DNA of 64,000 bases from Octopus sinensis (Eukaryota): NCBI RefSeq assembly GCF_006345805.1, contig NC_043008.1:39928001-39992000 (forward strand), read 5' to 3'. Shown in pieces: positions 13,874-27,879 of the stretch. How positions within the stretch are numbered: the first letter of the stretch is position 1; every line of letters begins with the position of its first letter. Under the pieces are notes generated by a model. It was not told the origin of the DNA. It saw only the letters and a list, made by a program, of their open reading frames with translations, and ran no database searches. The translations under genes and the position numbers were made by a program.

Positions 13874-14496
13874 CATACACACACACACACACACGTATAT
13901 ATACACACGTACACATAAACAAGACCAAACTAAATACTTTGTATAAAAGAGATGGTGAGAAAGGTAAGTTTTAAAAAGAAGAGAGATAAAGAAAAGAAAA
14001 AGAAAGAATAGCAAGAGATAAAACGAAGTGGTAGGCAGAGAGAAAAATGAATAGGATTAGTTTCAAGATGTGCGATGTATAGTAGCGGTGCTAAGGCAAG
14101 GCCATCAACCCAATATTATTTAGGAGTACGAACATTTGCATACAGGCATCCAACTCAAACGCACAATCCATCAATCACACAATCAGAAACACACAAACAT
14201 TTAAATATATCTGTAGATATCTGATGAAGCGATCCACATACTGTCAGTAGACAGTTTACCTTAATTTCAGAGTACTCAGACGGTATCCGAAGTGTGAGGG
14301 TTCGAGTTCCGTGGTTCTCTATTGTGCACCAGTATAGACTCAGTCTGAATGGCTAAAACGTGTGACCGAAGAACAGAATATATACACACACACGCGTAAA
14401 AACATATATATTTACTCAAGCACAATGCATTCCTCAATAGACAAAACAACCGTCCTTATATTATACTCACATAAACACACATATATATATAAGGAC

Positions 14497-14536
<40 letters not shown>

Positions 14537-15054
14537 GTCCTTATATTATACTTACATACACACACATATATATATATATATGTACATACATACATACATA
14601 CGTATGTGTTTGTGTGTGTGTGTGTGTCTGAGTGTATGTGTGTGAAAAAGAAGGACGAAAATGCTACTTTCTTAAAATGGGATACGTTTTAATTTTCTTT
14701 TATATAAATACAGTAAATGAAGAAATTTTGGTTTTGTTTTAAATGTTTCGGCTTTGGAAAATCCTTATCAAAAATATGTACTAAAATGGAATATGTAGAG
14801 AGAAAAGTGCTATAAATAAAATTAAAATTAAAATTAAAATTAACATTCATAATTTACGTTCCTTTTTCTGCAAGAGCACGTGGTAATTTCCGTTACTTTC
14901 CGTGGCATGTTGAACTATCAGTGACGGCAAATTACTACTATCTGTTTGGGTAAATTATATAGTGTGGAGTGACTGTAGCAGTTGAATAACGAGCAGCAGT
15001 AATAATAATAGTCGACGTACTGAAGTTGTTGCCCCTGATGTTTTAAAACAAATT

Positions 15055-15150
15055 CTTCGTGTATATCAGCCAAAACGTTGAAGGCGAAATCCGTCCAATT
15101 ATAAATAATGTAAATAATGTACATTATTCCTCATCTCTTGAATACAGAAC
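15055..15150 (+). mobile_element. Tail relic of SINE family C (see 24628-24902)
   Basis: gtatatcagcc.aaacgttg ... atccgtc ... aaataatgtacattattcctcatctctt matches the reverse complement of 24628-24730. Confidence 0.6.
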
Positions 15151-16201
15151 TTAAATATGAGTTCGTTCTAAAGACATAGTTTCAAGTTCGCAGAAAGGGG
15201 TCTCAAATGGGACGAAGTTATGTAGACTAAAAACTGATGTTTCGTAGACAACGAGCGGAAACAGAAGTCGCACGAAGGAAATAATGTGAAAATATAATAC
15301 TACAATGGCCCTACGTCAGTTTGAACAAAACGATCTGTTGGGACAGAGGGAGGATTTGTAAATCTAATGCTACAGAAGTAAATATAACACCAAATTCTCA
15401 CATAACACTTCTAGGGAAATTTGGCTCCATAAATTAGATGTTTGTCGACTTCCCTGGTACAGTATTCCAGTCTTAATGACAGACCAGCAGATATCAAACA
15501 ATATAATTTTGGCTTTGAGATGGTCGATATAAGTGATCAATTTGCTTAGTTTGAATTATTCCTTGCATGAAAAACCAGCGGAATATAGTCTCGAATGTAG
15601 ATCAATTTAAATACTTCCCGGTACTTAGTCCCAAAATTTCACCCTACTTTCAAATTGAGAGCAATAAAAGTGTGTACCGCTTAAAGTCCTAGTTAGGTCC
15701 TGAAGTTGTTATCCCACATAGGGTGGGATTAAAATGCTAAAATAAGATATAATAGCAGAGATTTGGAAGTGCATAAGCAAAAGAATTAAATTTGGGAAAT
15801 AATGATAGTAAGAATTTTGAGAATAGCCATAATATCAGATGCTATTAAAAGTGTGAACGTATATTTAAATTATATGTCGCAGCAGCTCCATCTATAAATT
15901 TAATAGAGAACGGAAAAGAAAATGTGACTGATGTTCGATGTTCTAGGGGAAATCTCGTGATTTAAATCGTAAAATTATCTTACAAATAATAATGCAAAGC
16001 AGCCCGAGATTCAAATGTTTCAACATCCTATTGTGATTCAGAAGCATGGCGGATTTCGGAAGGATTCAAATTCATTTTGCATTCATACACGCGCAGACGC
16101 ACACACACACACACATATATAAAGACAGATAGTTAGATAGGTAGATAGATACATAGGTAGATAGAGTGGTAGATCGATAGATATGTGTGTGTATGTATAT
16201 A

Positions 16202-16381
16202 TTACTCTTTTTACTCTTTTACATGTTTCAGTCATTTGACTGTGGCCATGCTGGAGCACGGCCTTTAGTCGAGCAAATCGACCCCGGGACTTATTCTTTT
16301 GCCGAACCGCTAAGTGACGGGGACGTAAACACACCAGCATCGGTTGCCAAGCATTGCTAGGGGGACAAACACAGACACACG

Positions 16382-16445
<64 letters not shown>

Positions 16446-16740
16446 CGACAGGCTTCTTTCAGTTTCCGTCTACCAAATCCAATCACAATACATTGGTCGG
16501 CCCGGGGCCCAAGTGGGACTGAACTTGGTACCATGTGGTTGGTTAGCAAGCTACTTACCACACAGCCACTCCTGCGCCTATTTATATATATATATAATAT
16601 ATATATATACGACAGGCTTCTTTCAGTTTCCGTCTACCAAATCCAATCACAATACATTGGTCGGCCGGGGCCCAAGTGGGACTGAACTTGGTACCATGTG
16701 GTTGGTTAGCAAGCTACTTACCACACAGCCACTCCTGCGC

Positions 16741-16742
<2 letters not shown>
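16202..16742 (-). mobile_element. SINE family A with a tandemly duplicated, internally deleted 5' half
   Basis: The head AGGCGCAGGAGTGGCTGTGTGG occurs twice (ending at 16579 and 16742). The internal (CA)/(TA) tract and the TACTCTTT tail are present. Confidence 0.92.
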
Positions 16743-16789
<47 letters not shown>

Positions 16790-17073
16790 ATATTTATATA
16801 TACGTATTTCGTTTTGGGATTTGGTTTGTAAGATTATCTATATGAGTTCGTGTGTTGAAACATATTCTGTTGTGTCTGGGGAGAGTCATTTTCTTTTTTT
16901 GCTTTATAATGTAACACACTCACAGGTAAAATTTGCACTTATTTCTTATTTTAATTTTCCTAAAATTTTCGTTGCGTCTTGCAAACGTTTCAATAGAAAT
17001 AAGTGGAAATTTTACCGGTGAGTGTGTTACATTATAAGGCACTAAAAGAGAATGACTCTCCGCAGACAAAACA

Positions 17074-17117
<44 letters not shown>

Positions 17118-17813
17118 TATATAATTCTGCAGGAAAATATTAAACAACCATACACAATTTTTATTTAAATAACAGCAGACCGTTGACATAAATAAAGAAT
17201 ACAGAATTTTTTTTCGTTTCGATACATCTCTCTCTCTCTCTCTCTCTTTCTCTTTCTCTCTCTCTCTCTCTTTCTCTTTCTCTCTCTCTCTCTCTCTCTT
17301 GTGATGAAATGTTCACTCGGCATTCCTTAGTGTAAATATACACGTGAGTAATATTTGACAGATAATATGTTATAAATGTTAATGGATACATTGATATAGA
17401 GAAAGATACTTACTTGCATAAATATACAAACATACAGGGAATCACTTATATATGTATATATGTATATATATAAGTGATCAATTTGCTTAGTTTGAATTAT
17501 TCCTTGCATGAAAAACCAGCGGAATATAGTCTCGAATGTATATGAATTTATATATATATATATCTATACATATATGTCAGTTTGTGTGTGTGTGTATGAA
17601 TGTGTCAACATGCGTGTGTGTGCGTGCGTGCGTGTGTATGTGAGTCTGACTATGCTTCTGTGAATGAGTGATTTTCTCCAAGTAAGATAAAAAAATATAC
17701 GCTGCTTCGGAATGGAAAAAAATCATCAGGAATTAGTAAATATAGGAAAATCTCTGAAAAAACCTCGTGTATATACGTACACACACACACATGCACACAC
17801 ACACACACACACA

Positions 17814-17866
<53 letters not shown>

Positions 17867-17867
<1 letters not shown>

Positions 17868-18198
17868 AAATAATAGTTATCGCCATACTAATATGGCATT
17901 CTTATAAAAATAAGAAAAAAGCTGTCCGCTTATTAGCTCCATGAGGCCATCGCCTTAAGTTAGCTATTTGATACACAAACTGTATCCATATAACCTTCGA
18001 ACAAGGGAGATCAGTCGCTCCACACTACTTGACCGGCAGCTACAGACGCGTTCGGGGTATTGCCCCTTTTCAATGCAGCGTAGCCAGCCAGTAGGTGTCG
18101 CTTCCGACAATCTCTGTTCGATGGTTTTATTTACCTAGTTTCGGTGGAATACATCCACTTGTTTTCAATAATATTAGTATGGCGATAACTATTATTTT
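17867..18198. mobile_element. MITE-like segment with perfect 27-bp inverted repeats
   Basis: AAAATAATAGTTATCGCCATACTAATA (17867-17893) has its exact reverse complement at 18172-18198. Confidence 0.7.
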
Positions 18199-18338
18199 CC
18201 GGGAACGCTGCCGCTGTTCTCTTTTAGAGAGACTTAGTTATTTTAATATTTCTATTATATATATATATATTATATATATATATATTATATATATATATAT
18301 ATATTACATATATATATATATATACATACATATACATA

Positions 18339-18370
<32 letters not shown>

Positions 18371-18374
18371 TTAT

Positions 18375-18423
<49 letters not shown>

Positions 18424-18704
18424 ATATAGGTTTAAATAGCATCGATATTTTTCCATATTGGCAGGAGAAAATGCTTTTCGTCCGGAAATTGTGTTTAAAT
18501 TCTCAAGTTCTAATAAGAATTATAGAAAAGTAAATGAGGTCATACAGAAAAGATACGTCGAATTCCACCTGACCCCAAATACACATTAGACACTTGATGT
18601 GTATATACACACATACATACAAGTGTACAGACATACATCTATTCCTTTTTTTGGAAGCTTGCCCTATATATACATACATGTACATACATACACACACACA
18701 CACG

Positions 18705-18793
<89 letters not shown>

Positions 18794-19885
18794 CGTCTTT
18801 GTGTGTTTGGATGTGCCTGTGTGCGTGTCTGTGGGCGTGAGTTTGCGTGTATGCATTAATGATACGAACGGATAGGGTATCAAAGGCTGTTTTTTGTTAA
18901 AAGCATGAGGACGATCCTACTAGGCTACCGGACATAAGATGTTAGATCCTGTAGTAATGTGAGTGTCGTAGTTGCATTTCCTTTCTATGATCGTAGATAC
19001 CCACCGGTTCGGGAGCAAAATGTGCTTTATGGTCCAAATGTTTCTTTAAAGAAGGTATTATTCTGGGGGTTTTTTTCTGTTCATTTGATTTTCTTCTTTG
19101 TTCTTTGAGAATAAACCTAATTTCAAGCCACATTTTACACTTCAGGTCTTACGCACTAAAACTGAGAAAAAATATGTAGGTGTCCAAATTTTGAATCTGC
19201 GCCCCCAGAATATTTTAGGAGTTCCGCCTGCATCCATTGCACCCTCTGTCCCCGGGCTGTTGTACATACCGTCTACACGAACTCTCTGCTGGTTCGCAAT
19301 TTTATTCTAGGAAGATAAATGACTTAATTTGAAGGATGTTTCTATGTTTTCAAATGGAGCTATTTACTGAGGATAATATTTTGCGAATGTCGTTCATTTG
19401 GGTTTTTGTGTAATTTAATAGCAAATATATATGTGCTCTCGTGCGCTTGCGTGTTTGAGTGTGCGAGTGTGTATGTCTATTTTCTGATATTAATTTCTTT
19501 GAAGCGAAAAAGGCCACATTTCAATTTGAGTACGATTATATAATACCGTTGCAGGCTTGTATTTCAGACATTTATATGATAAATATTGAACGTGTTATAT
19601 GTTATACGTCATCTATGTCAAATGCATTGGGTATGGTTAATCGGATTTAATAGGGATTAATGTCCAAATTCTGCTTGGAGCAAATGATGTATTGTCTCCT
19701 TTCATTATCCTTATACTTTGTTGAAGGATATTCACTTTACGTATCTTCTGTAAACAAACGCTTCAGACCCAGCTGCGAAGGATTTCGAATAAAATATATT
19801 TCTTTTGTATGTTATATAATGTTTTTCAGCGACTTGTTTGTACAGGGTTTATTATTATAGATTTTTATAAATAAAGAATTTACCC

Positions 19886-20308
19886 GGATCTTTTCGGTTT
19901 GAAGGGCAGTTTTTTCTAGCGGTGTCATATGAAATTGTCACCCATAATTATGACCCTAGTATCGATCTATTGCATTTCAATCTATTTTAGGGTTAGGGTT
20001 AGTTAGGGTTAGGGGTGGGGGAAGGGTATCTTTTTTTCTTCACAAATGTAAATAAACCCATTCTGTTTCATAAACGAGGGACATATTCATACAGCACAGA
20101 ATGCTTTTTAACTCAAAAGACGTCACTGATTGGTTGAAATTGCAAAAATTGAAGAAAAAACAACAAATATCTTACAAACTATAGAATTTTCTCAATAAAG
20201 CCAAGAGAAAAAGATGTTTATAAATACATTCTACCAGTATACGAAGTTAAAAATTTTTTAGGTACCTAGAAATTATGTTAAAAACTGCCGTTCAAACCGA
20301 AAAGATCC
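19886..20308. mobile_element. MITE, second copy (inverted relative to 6562-6994)
   Basis: Same TIRs and body in the opposite orientation. Decayed 8-bp TSD: ATTTACCC / TTTTACAC. Confidence 0.9.
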
Positions 20309-20944
20309 TTTTACACACTCATTTTTATTTCTATAATCAAACTTGTAAGTTTGGTAACTCACTTGTAACATTGGCATTACGTATGAACATAAAATATTTT
20401 GGAACATCAAATTCCACCAAATTTAGAAATTGTGTTGGAAAATTCCCTATATACGTCTACATAACAGAGGAGAAAATAAATGCATGCTATTTTTTCGTTC
20501 TTTTTCTTTTTTGTTTTCTAAATCCTTGCGCCGTTCGCTTCTAGTCTGTCAACATTTTAGACAGTAAACACTACGTTAGTGTATTTTCAATTTTATATTC
20601 AGATTTCGCTCTTTGCTTAAAATTCTCTGCTATGCATGTGAATGTTGTTGTTTGGAACTCAGAAGAATTGGTGGATTACTATCAGAATGAAATAAAATTA
20701 TATTCCATTTCAAACCGAATATAAATTTTCGAAAAATGGTTAGGTAGGTTTATTTTTTTTTTTGACCAAAAACTAGATCTCGCATGATATTTTAGTATAT
20801 ATTTTCAGCTTAGCTTTGGCGATTATATATTCTTATAAGTGTGTCCATAGCTAAACATAATGATGGATTCAAATTTTGACACAATTCCAGCAGTGTTTGA
20901 CAAGATGGAGAAATGATTATATCGAATGCAGAACTAGAGGGTTA

Positions 20945-21058
20945 CTTATTTTCATCGATTCCGAAAGGAAAAGTCGATTTCGGCCGATTTAGAACTTAGA
21001 ACGTAAAAGCAGACGAAATACCTCTAAATATTCTGACTGGAGACCTTTTGCCGCCTTA
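20945..21058 (-). mobile_element. SINE family B relic
   Basis: Degenerate match to the family-B head and central region (aaaagtcga.ttcggc.ga.tt.gaact.agaacgta...gcagacgaaatac...gccgcctt). Confidence 0.6.
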
Positions 21059-21995
21059 TACGTACGTATAATAATGCAAACTGTAATATGCTTAAACTGA
21101 GAAATATAACTCTCAAGAAGGTCTTCTTTTATAGGCTTATGTATACACACGCATGGGAGCACTCGCACACACATGTATCTATATCGGTGTAAAAGAGTAA
21201 ACTTTTAATTTCATAAAATATTCACTGACTTTTCTATATAAAGTACTATTTGCTATTTTCCCTATCAAAATTGTGAAAATATTTTTTTTATATACTATAC
21301 AACATTTTGATCTCATGATACCTGTCTATTTTTACACATCATGGTAATTTATCATTGATACTTCGATCTCAGAGTTACTAAGTTCAAGGACTCATCCTAC
21401 CTCAGTTTTTACAAGTGTCGCAAGAGGTTAATGGAAACACTGTCTTGAATTATTTATTTACTATTTCAGTTACATTACTAGAGACTTCAAATGCTTGCTA
21501 TTTTATTCAAATATCAAAGTGATTTCGTTTGCGAAATCATTAAAAAAATTAATTAGGTTTCCTGCAATTATTAAATTCTATACAACTTTCCAAGAGTCGA
21601 AGTATAACTTAATTTAATTTTTTGAACTTAAATCAGTGACATTATTAATTGCATTCCTTTTCTGTGATTTGTCATTGTACACACACTTAGCAGGAACATA
21701 TAGTCACGAACACTTGCATGCATCGCTTTTAACACACGCAAACATATGTGAGAGGGTGTAATAGTTTTAATTTGAACGGAAAATAGCTTATTCACGATGA
21801 AACTTAATTCAATAATAGTGATACAGAAAGACTGTTTTGTGTGGCGTACAGTAACGCCAGAGTTCAGATTACGCAAAGCGTGCATCTACTGCGAGACAGA
21901 CAGTGAATAGAATCACTCACGAGCACACACATACACACACAAGCACGCCCACGCACACACACACACGAACACACACGCACACAAGCACGCCCACG

Positions 21996-22036
<41 letters not shown>

Positions 22037-22942
22037 GTGCTAGTGTATGCATTTCCCGTCTATCCCTCAGCATACGCCTGTTTTTACTAACTCAGTTTCG
22101 ACGTTTCCCACCACTTTTTCGCCTTGCAATAAGCTTTTTTAACTATCAGTTTCTATGCAGAAAGTGATAAGGCCTACTTCAGAACTCCACATGTGTAACT
22201 CACCTGCCGTGGCCTGAAGCTAAAAACATTTTTTCTGCGATGAACTCGATATTTGCATATTAGAAAAGTCTTATCCAACTTCTTTCCTCGATGAAAAATC
22301 AAAATTTTAACTGCTACCTAAATTAGTCATAAATTGGTACCACAATCGTCGAAAGTTTAATTTCCCTACCTAATCATTTGGCAACTGTTTTTCGGCACGT
22401 GAAATGCATGGAAGCTATGTTTTAAAACTGCTTATGCCCTTATTTCTCTTAGAACCAATCTCTCTAATAATTAGATTAAATTCAGTTTTTGTGTATGTTC
22501 TGTCGTCGTTAGAAATGTGCACAGTTTATTTGTTTATTCAATGGCAAGCCATCACAAGCAGATATGTGGATATTAAGCTAGACTAATTGTATATATTGAG
22601 AGATCAAATAAATTATAATTCTTACGAATGTTATATGAAATGACTTTTTTAAGCTATAGTCGGTTGAGGATATACACGTCTTCTATAAGCTAAAGTACAA
22701 AGCACACGTTTACAAAAAATGGCATCCTATATGAAAGAAGATTCATTTATGACAGTACTTTATAATATTTGAATATATTTGCTGTTGACTGGAGAAAGAG
22801 ACTTGGAACGTCTCCACTGATGAACTGTGAAGAAACTGTAAAATTTGCGACAGGTAGCCTCTACCTAATCTCTGCATACATGAAATGTACAGAATGTATG
22901 TAATTATAGTATCATTTCTCTCAGAGACATCTTATCTAATAC

Positions 22943-22944
<2 letters not shown>

Positions 22945-23016
<72 letters not shown>

Positions 23017-23043
23017 CCTCACTTATTCGTCTATCTATTTATC

Positions 23044-23120
<77 letters not shown>

Positions 23121-23146
23121 ATCTATCCATCTATCTATCTATCCAT

Positions 23147-23203
<57 letters not shown>

Positions 23204-23225
23204 AATCTATCTATCTTTCTTTCTT
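22945..23225. repeat. (TATC)n tetranucleotide microsatellite
   Basis: Directly visible. Confidence 0.97.
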
Positions 23226-24140
23226 TCTATCTGTGTGTTTGTGTTTGTGTGTGTCTTTATGTGTGAGTATGTATGTGTGTGAGTGAGTGTGTATGTGTGG
23301 GGGGTTGCTTGAGTGGGTGTGTGTATCTGCATGTGTACGTGTCGTATTACACATGGCTTTGGTTTGTATATGTGAGCGTTTGTTGACGATATATATACAT
23401 ATATATATACTATGGTGCGAATCTCAGAATTAAATTACAATTTTTTGTAAAATCTGTTTTGTTTCAAACAGATATATATTTTCCACACATACCGTTTAAA
23501 CAGACAATGAAAGAATTCGGCAAGTATTTGATATAGTATCGTGAAAAACAAAATCTTTGAATGCAAATTCGTCAAAAGACCGGAACAGGAAGTAAAATTT
23601 CAAAGATGGCGCTGGAGTAAGTGCCTGCGGTGTTATTGATGTAAAATGAAGATCATCACATGACGGGAAAAGTTCTTAAGAATATCATGCACTGAATTTC
23701 TTTAAATTACTTAAATTTGTTTTCCTTTATTCATTTTATTGTTTTGTGGTTGAAAATATGATGTGGTTGATGTTTCCTTCATCTTACATTTATCCATTTT
23801 ATATTTCATTTAGACTGAAAAAAATGCGGCAATATGTTGTTTAGAATCTTTTGTTAGTAAAAGTTGTACTGATTAAAAATGTGAAACGAATGTTATTCTT
23901 AAGAAATGAAAATAAAAATAGAGAAATAATAATCTCTAAGACCAGCAATTCCGAAAGGAGGACTTTCATTTGAGCACTGACATTATTATATCCAGTCTGT
24001 CAGTAAGTGGGTAGGAGTCAAAGTCTGTTTCGGTGGAATTTGAATTCTGAATATAAAGAGTAGAATTAAACGCAGCAAAGTATTCCTTTTAGCTCATTGA
24101 CTTAATATATATATAATAAATAATAAAATATGTTCCAGGA

Positions 24141-24144
<4 letters not shown>

Positions 24145-24234
<90 letters not shown>

Positions 24235-24235
24235 A
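24145..24235. repeat. (CA)n microsatellite
   Basis: Directly visible. Confidence 0.97.
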
Positions 24236-24627
24236 CTGTATAATCGAAAACTGATAATGAACACGTAGTTAAGATATGTACTGTGACACCTCGTGAAACA
24301 CCCAGAAAAGTAATAATTTGTATAAATTGATTACACGTGAAAAAACAAACGAAAAAAAAAGCGATCTGAGTTCTTTAGCAGCTAAACATTTTTTAGCTGA
24401 AAGATGAAGAAAATGGAATTGAGTCAAAATTAATGAGAAGCTGTTTGGTTGTTCTGATATTGATGAAAACTTTCTTTAAAATGTCGAAGTTAGTTGTCCT
24501 ATTACAATGTGGTAGCAAAAAATTGTTATTGGTATCATGTCACAGACAGAAAATAAAAAGTAAACAACGATAAGATCGGCACGGTGTAAATGTGTAGTTA
24601 AGTGGCATTTTTTATAGGAATTACATT

Positions 24628-24902
24628 CAGTGCTATATTTAAGATGTGAGGAATTATGTACATTATTTACATTTGACGGATATATGTCCTCATCTTATTT
24701 GTTTTAAACACAACATTTCGGCTGGTGTACCCTCCAGCCTTCAGCAGGTGTCTTGGGGAAATTTCGAACCTGGGTTCTCATTCCTAATGTATTTTCGATG
24801 TTCTTCTTCGTATTATTATTAAGGTCACTGCCCGGAATCGAACTGGGAAACTTGGGGTTAGTAGTCGACAGTCTTAACAACTACGGCATATGCCCGTGGG
24901 CA
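24628..24902 (-). mobile_element. SINE family C: tRNA-like head plus hammerhead-like tail
   Basis: The minus-strand head has A-box-like (gccgtagttgttaag) and B-box-like (agttcgattcc) motifs. Downstream is ACAC-CTGCTGA-A-GGCTG..CAGCC-GAAAT-GTT-GTGT at 24751-24708. Confidence 0.65.
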
Positions 24903-25357
24903 AATAATTTTCGTTTGAAATATTGAAATACATGCTGCAATGTTACCGATTTCAAACTATAAAACGGATTCCAATTGATTATTTTCCGCATTATTCTAAT
25001 TATATTTTTGCTATGTACGATTGTTCACAATATTCTCGACAATTCTTACAGTGTGTGATATTGTAATCGCTTTACACTTATTAGTTTTAAAGCCATCGAT
25101 CAACAGTTTGACATCTTTTACCTTTATCATTCTGGCAACCCCCTACTTGCTCCCATTTACTCCCCGACTGGAATTATTTGTGTGTCAGTTCGACTGAACT
25201 CGCAGTCTATTGCCCTCAGCAATCATATTAATGAAAACAATTTTGGTCTTGTTATTAAGTAGTCGCATGCAGAAAGTGTTGCGTGGTAATATCGTCGACA
25301 GCTGAGGCGTCTGCTTCACCATGATAGCCCGGAGAGGAGAAGTTAAAGAAATATATA

Positions 25358-25615
25358 TATTTTTTTACTATCCACAAGGGGCTAAACATGGAGGGGACAA
25401 ACAAGGACAGACAAACGGATTAAGTCGATTACATCGACCCAGCGCGTAACTGGTACTTATTTAATTGATCCCGAAAGGATGAAAGGCAAAGTCGACCTCG
25501 GCGGAATTTGAACTCAGAATGAAATACAGCAGACGAAATACGGCTACGCATTTCGCCCGGCGTGCTAACGTTTCTGCCAGCTCGCCGCCTTCCGTTTCTG
25601 CCAGCTCGCTGCCTT
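25358..25615 (-). mobile_element. SINE family B (head AAGGCGGCGAGCTGGCAG), with a 24-bp duplication of the head
   Basis: tRNA-like head, B-box GAGTTCAAATTCC, central gtcgactttgcctttcatcctttcgggg domain. The head is repeated at 25592-25615. Confidence 0.92.
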
Positions 25616-25956
25616 AATATTAGTGGACAAATGACAATGACACTACGAGAAGAAAGAGGTTAGCATAACAGAAGAAATTACTATTTAACATAAACGCTGT
25701 GTCTTAGAAATTTCAAGTAAAATTTAGGATATGGTGATAAACTCAGAGAAGTAGTTTACTGAAATTGGGTTCAGCAGGCAAACCAGAGCGACAACTCTTT
25801 GCTTACGATCTCACTACCACCGGAAACCCGAAAAGAGGTGAAAGATTAGAGAACCAAACAAGCCAGTGTTTAGTTTGATAGAGACCTCAAGGTAAACCAG
25901 TTCTATGCTATCCGGAAAAGAGGGTTATGAAATGAACGGATTTTTATCTCATACTG

Positions 25957-25996
<40 letters not shown>

Positions 25997-26134
25997 GCTG
26001 ATATATGACCTACGTTGGGCTCCTTATTCGCATAATCACCGAACCTGGAGCTTAATTATGGTCTGTCCATAGTACTTACTCATAATTACCTTAGAAATTT
26101 TGGTCTTATTGACACCATTAGCTCTCCTTACACT

Positions 26135-26171
<37 letters not shown>

Positions 26172-26172
26172 G

Positions 26173-26584
26173 TACTCTTTTACATGTTTCAGTCATTTGA
26201 TTGCGGCCATGCTGGAGCACCGCATTTAATCGAGCAAATCGAACTTAGGACTTACTCTTTGTAAGCCTAGTACTTATTCTACCGTTCTCTTTTGCCGAAA
26301 CGCTATGTTACGGGGACGTAAATACACCAGCATCGACTGTCAAGCGATATTGCGGAGACAAACGCAGACACACACAGATACACACAGATATATATATATA
26401 TATACACATACATTTATACGATGGGTTCCTTTTTCAGTTTCCGTCTGCCAAATACACTCACAAGACACTTGGTCGGCTCGAGGCTGAAATATAAGACACC
26501 TACCCAAGGTGCCACGCATGGGACAGAACCCGAAACCATGTGGTTGGTAAGCAAGCTACTTACCACACAGCCACCCCTGCGTCT
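26173..26584 (-). mobile_element. SINE family A, full length
   Basis: Head, internal microsatellite and tail are co-linear with the 36411 and 49431 copies. Confidence 0.92.
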
Positions 26585-27026
26585 ATATATATATATATAT
26601 GTCATATAAATATACATACAACAATATATATATGTCATATAAACATACATACAACTTCTAAGCCTGCCCCTCCACATACACATGTATGTAGAAGCATGCA
26701 TGCAGACAATACACTCACACACACACATGTATACATACACCCAACGGCTGCTAGTAATCTCACCGTTCGTTAATAAATGCTATTTCAAATAACTATCGTG
26801 TCATGGTCTTTAACTTTCCCAATAATATATTTGACTTTATCAATTTATGATAATACTTTTGAGCGCAATGTTTTTCTGTATTTAAATTTCAAATCAATAC
26901 CTCCTTTGTTTTAAGCCGTCTATGTTCTTTACAATTCATCTCACGTTGAATAAAGAATAGCAGTCTTTCATATAATACCCGCTATCATGACTTCATTACA
27001 AGAATAAAATTTCATACACTTACATG

Positions 27027-27075
<49 letters not shown>

Positions 27076-27254
27076 ATTATCTACTTGTATTTCTTTGCAA
27101 CATCCGATTCTCAAGTAAGTTTCTTTTTTTATTACTTTCAAGCACGAGCGTATGCATATATGTGAGTTCAAAGTGAATATATATGCAGGCGCATATATGA
27201 AGTGAGAGAGGAAGAATGTGTAACAAAGACAGATCAATGTGTGTTTATATATAT

Positions 27255-27309
<55 letters not shown>

Positions 27310-27879
27310 TATATATATACACACACACATATATATATATATAGACACATATATATAAGTGTGTGTGTGTGTACATAAACATACACACACATATTCACAC
27401 GCATACACACACACATGCACATAAACCTGAAACCTGAATCTGCGTGAGTTCCTACTTCATTTTCCCGTACCCGATCCTCAGGCAATTGAAAATCAGTTCA
27501 GGAAAATTTTCTTTAAACATACACAGAGCCAAGTGTCTCTGATTGAATCACCTGACAATATGAGAATATTTCTACGCAGTCTCTGCACAATTGTTTTAAA
27601 CGTCAAGTGTCACATATCCATTCTATTCTTTTTCCTTTTTCTGAGTGTTGTTGACATAAAGCACGTTCATGTTTCTGATTGCGCTTATGTTTTCCACTTT
27701 TATATTAATACTTATATACAATTGTATACATGTAGCAAATAGTTATGTGTCAGCGTATGTGTATAAGTGCATGCGGGGGAGCCATTCCTGGCACTATTTT
27801 TTATTCCTATTGTGTCGCATCTAATTCTCACATATTTCTTCTTTTTATTCCTTTTCTTCTAAAAATTTTAAATGATTCT

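Noticed and set aside
6860-20010. Telomere or chromosome-fusion relic from (TTAGGG)n
   Set aside because: There are only 4-5 degenerate units, and they are an internal part of a MITE in both copies.
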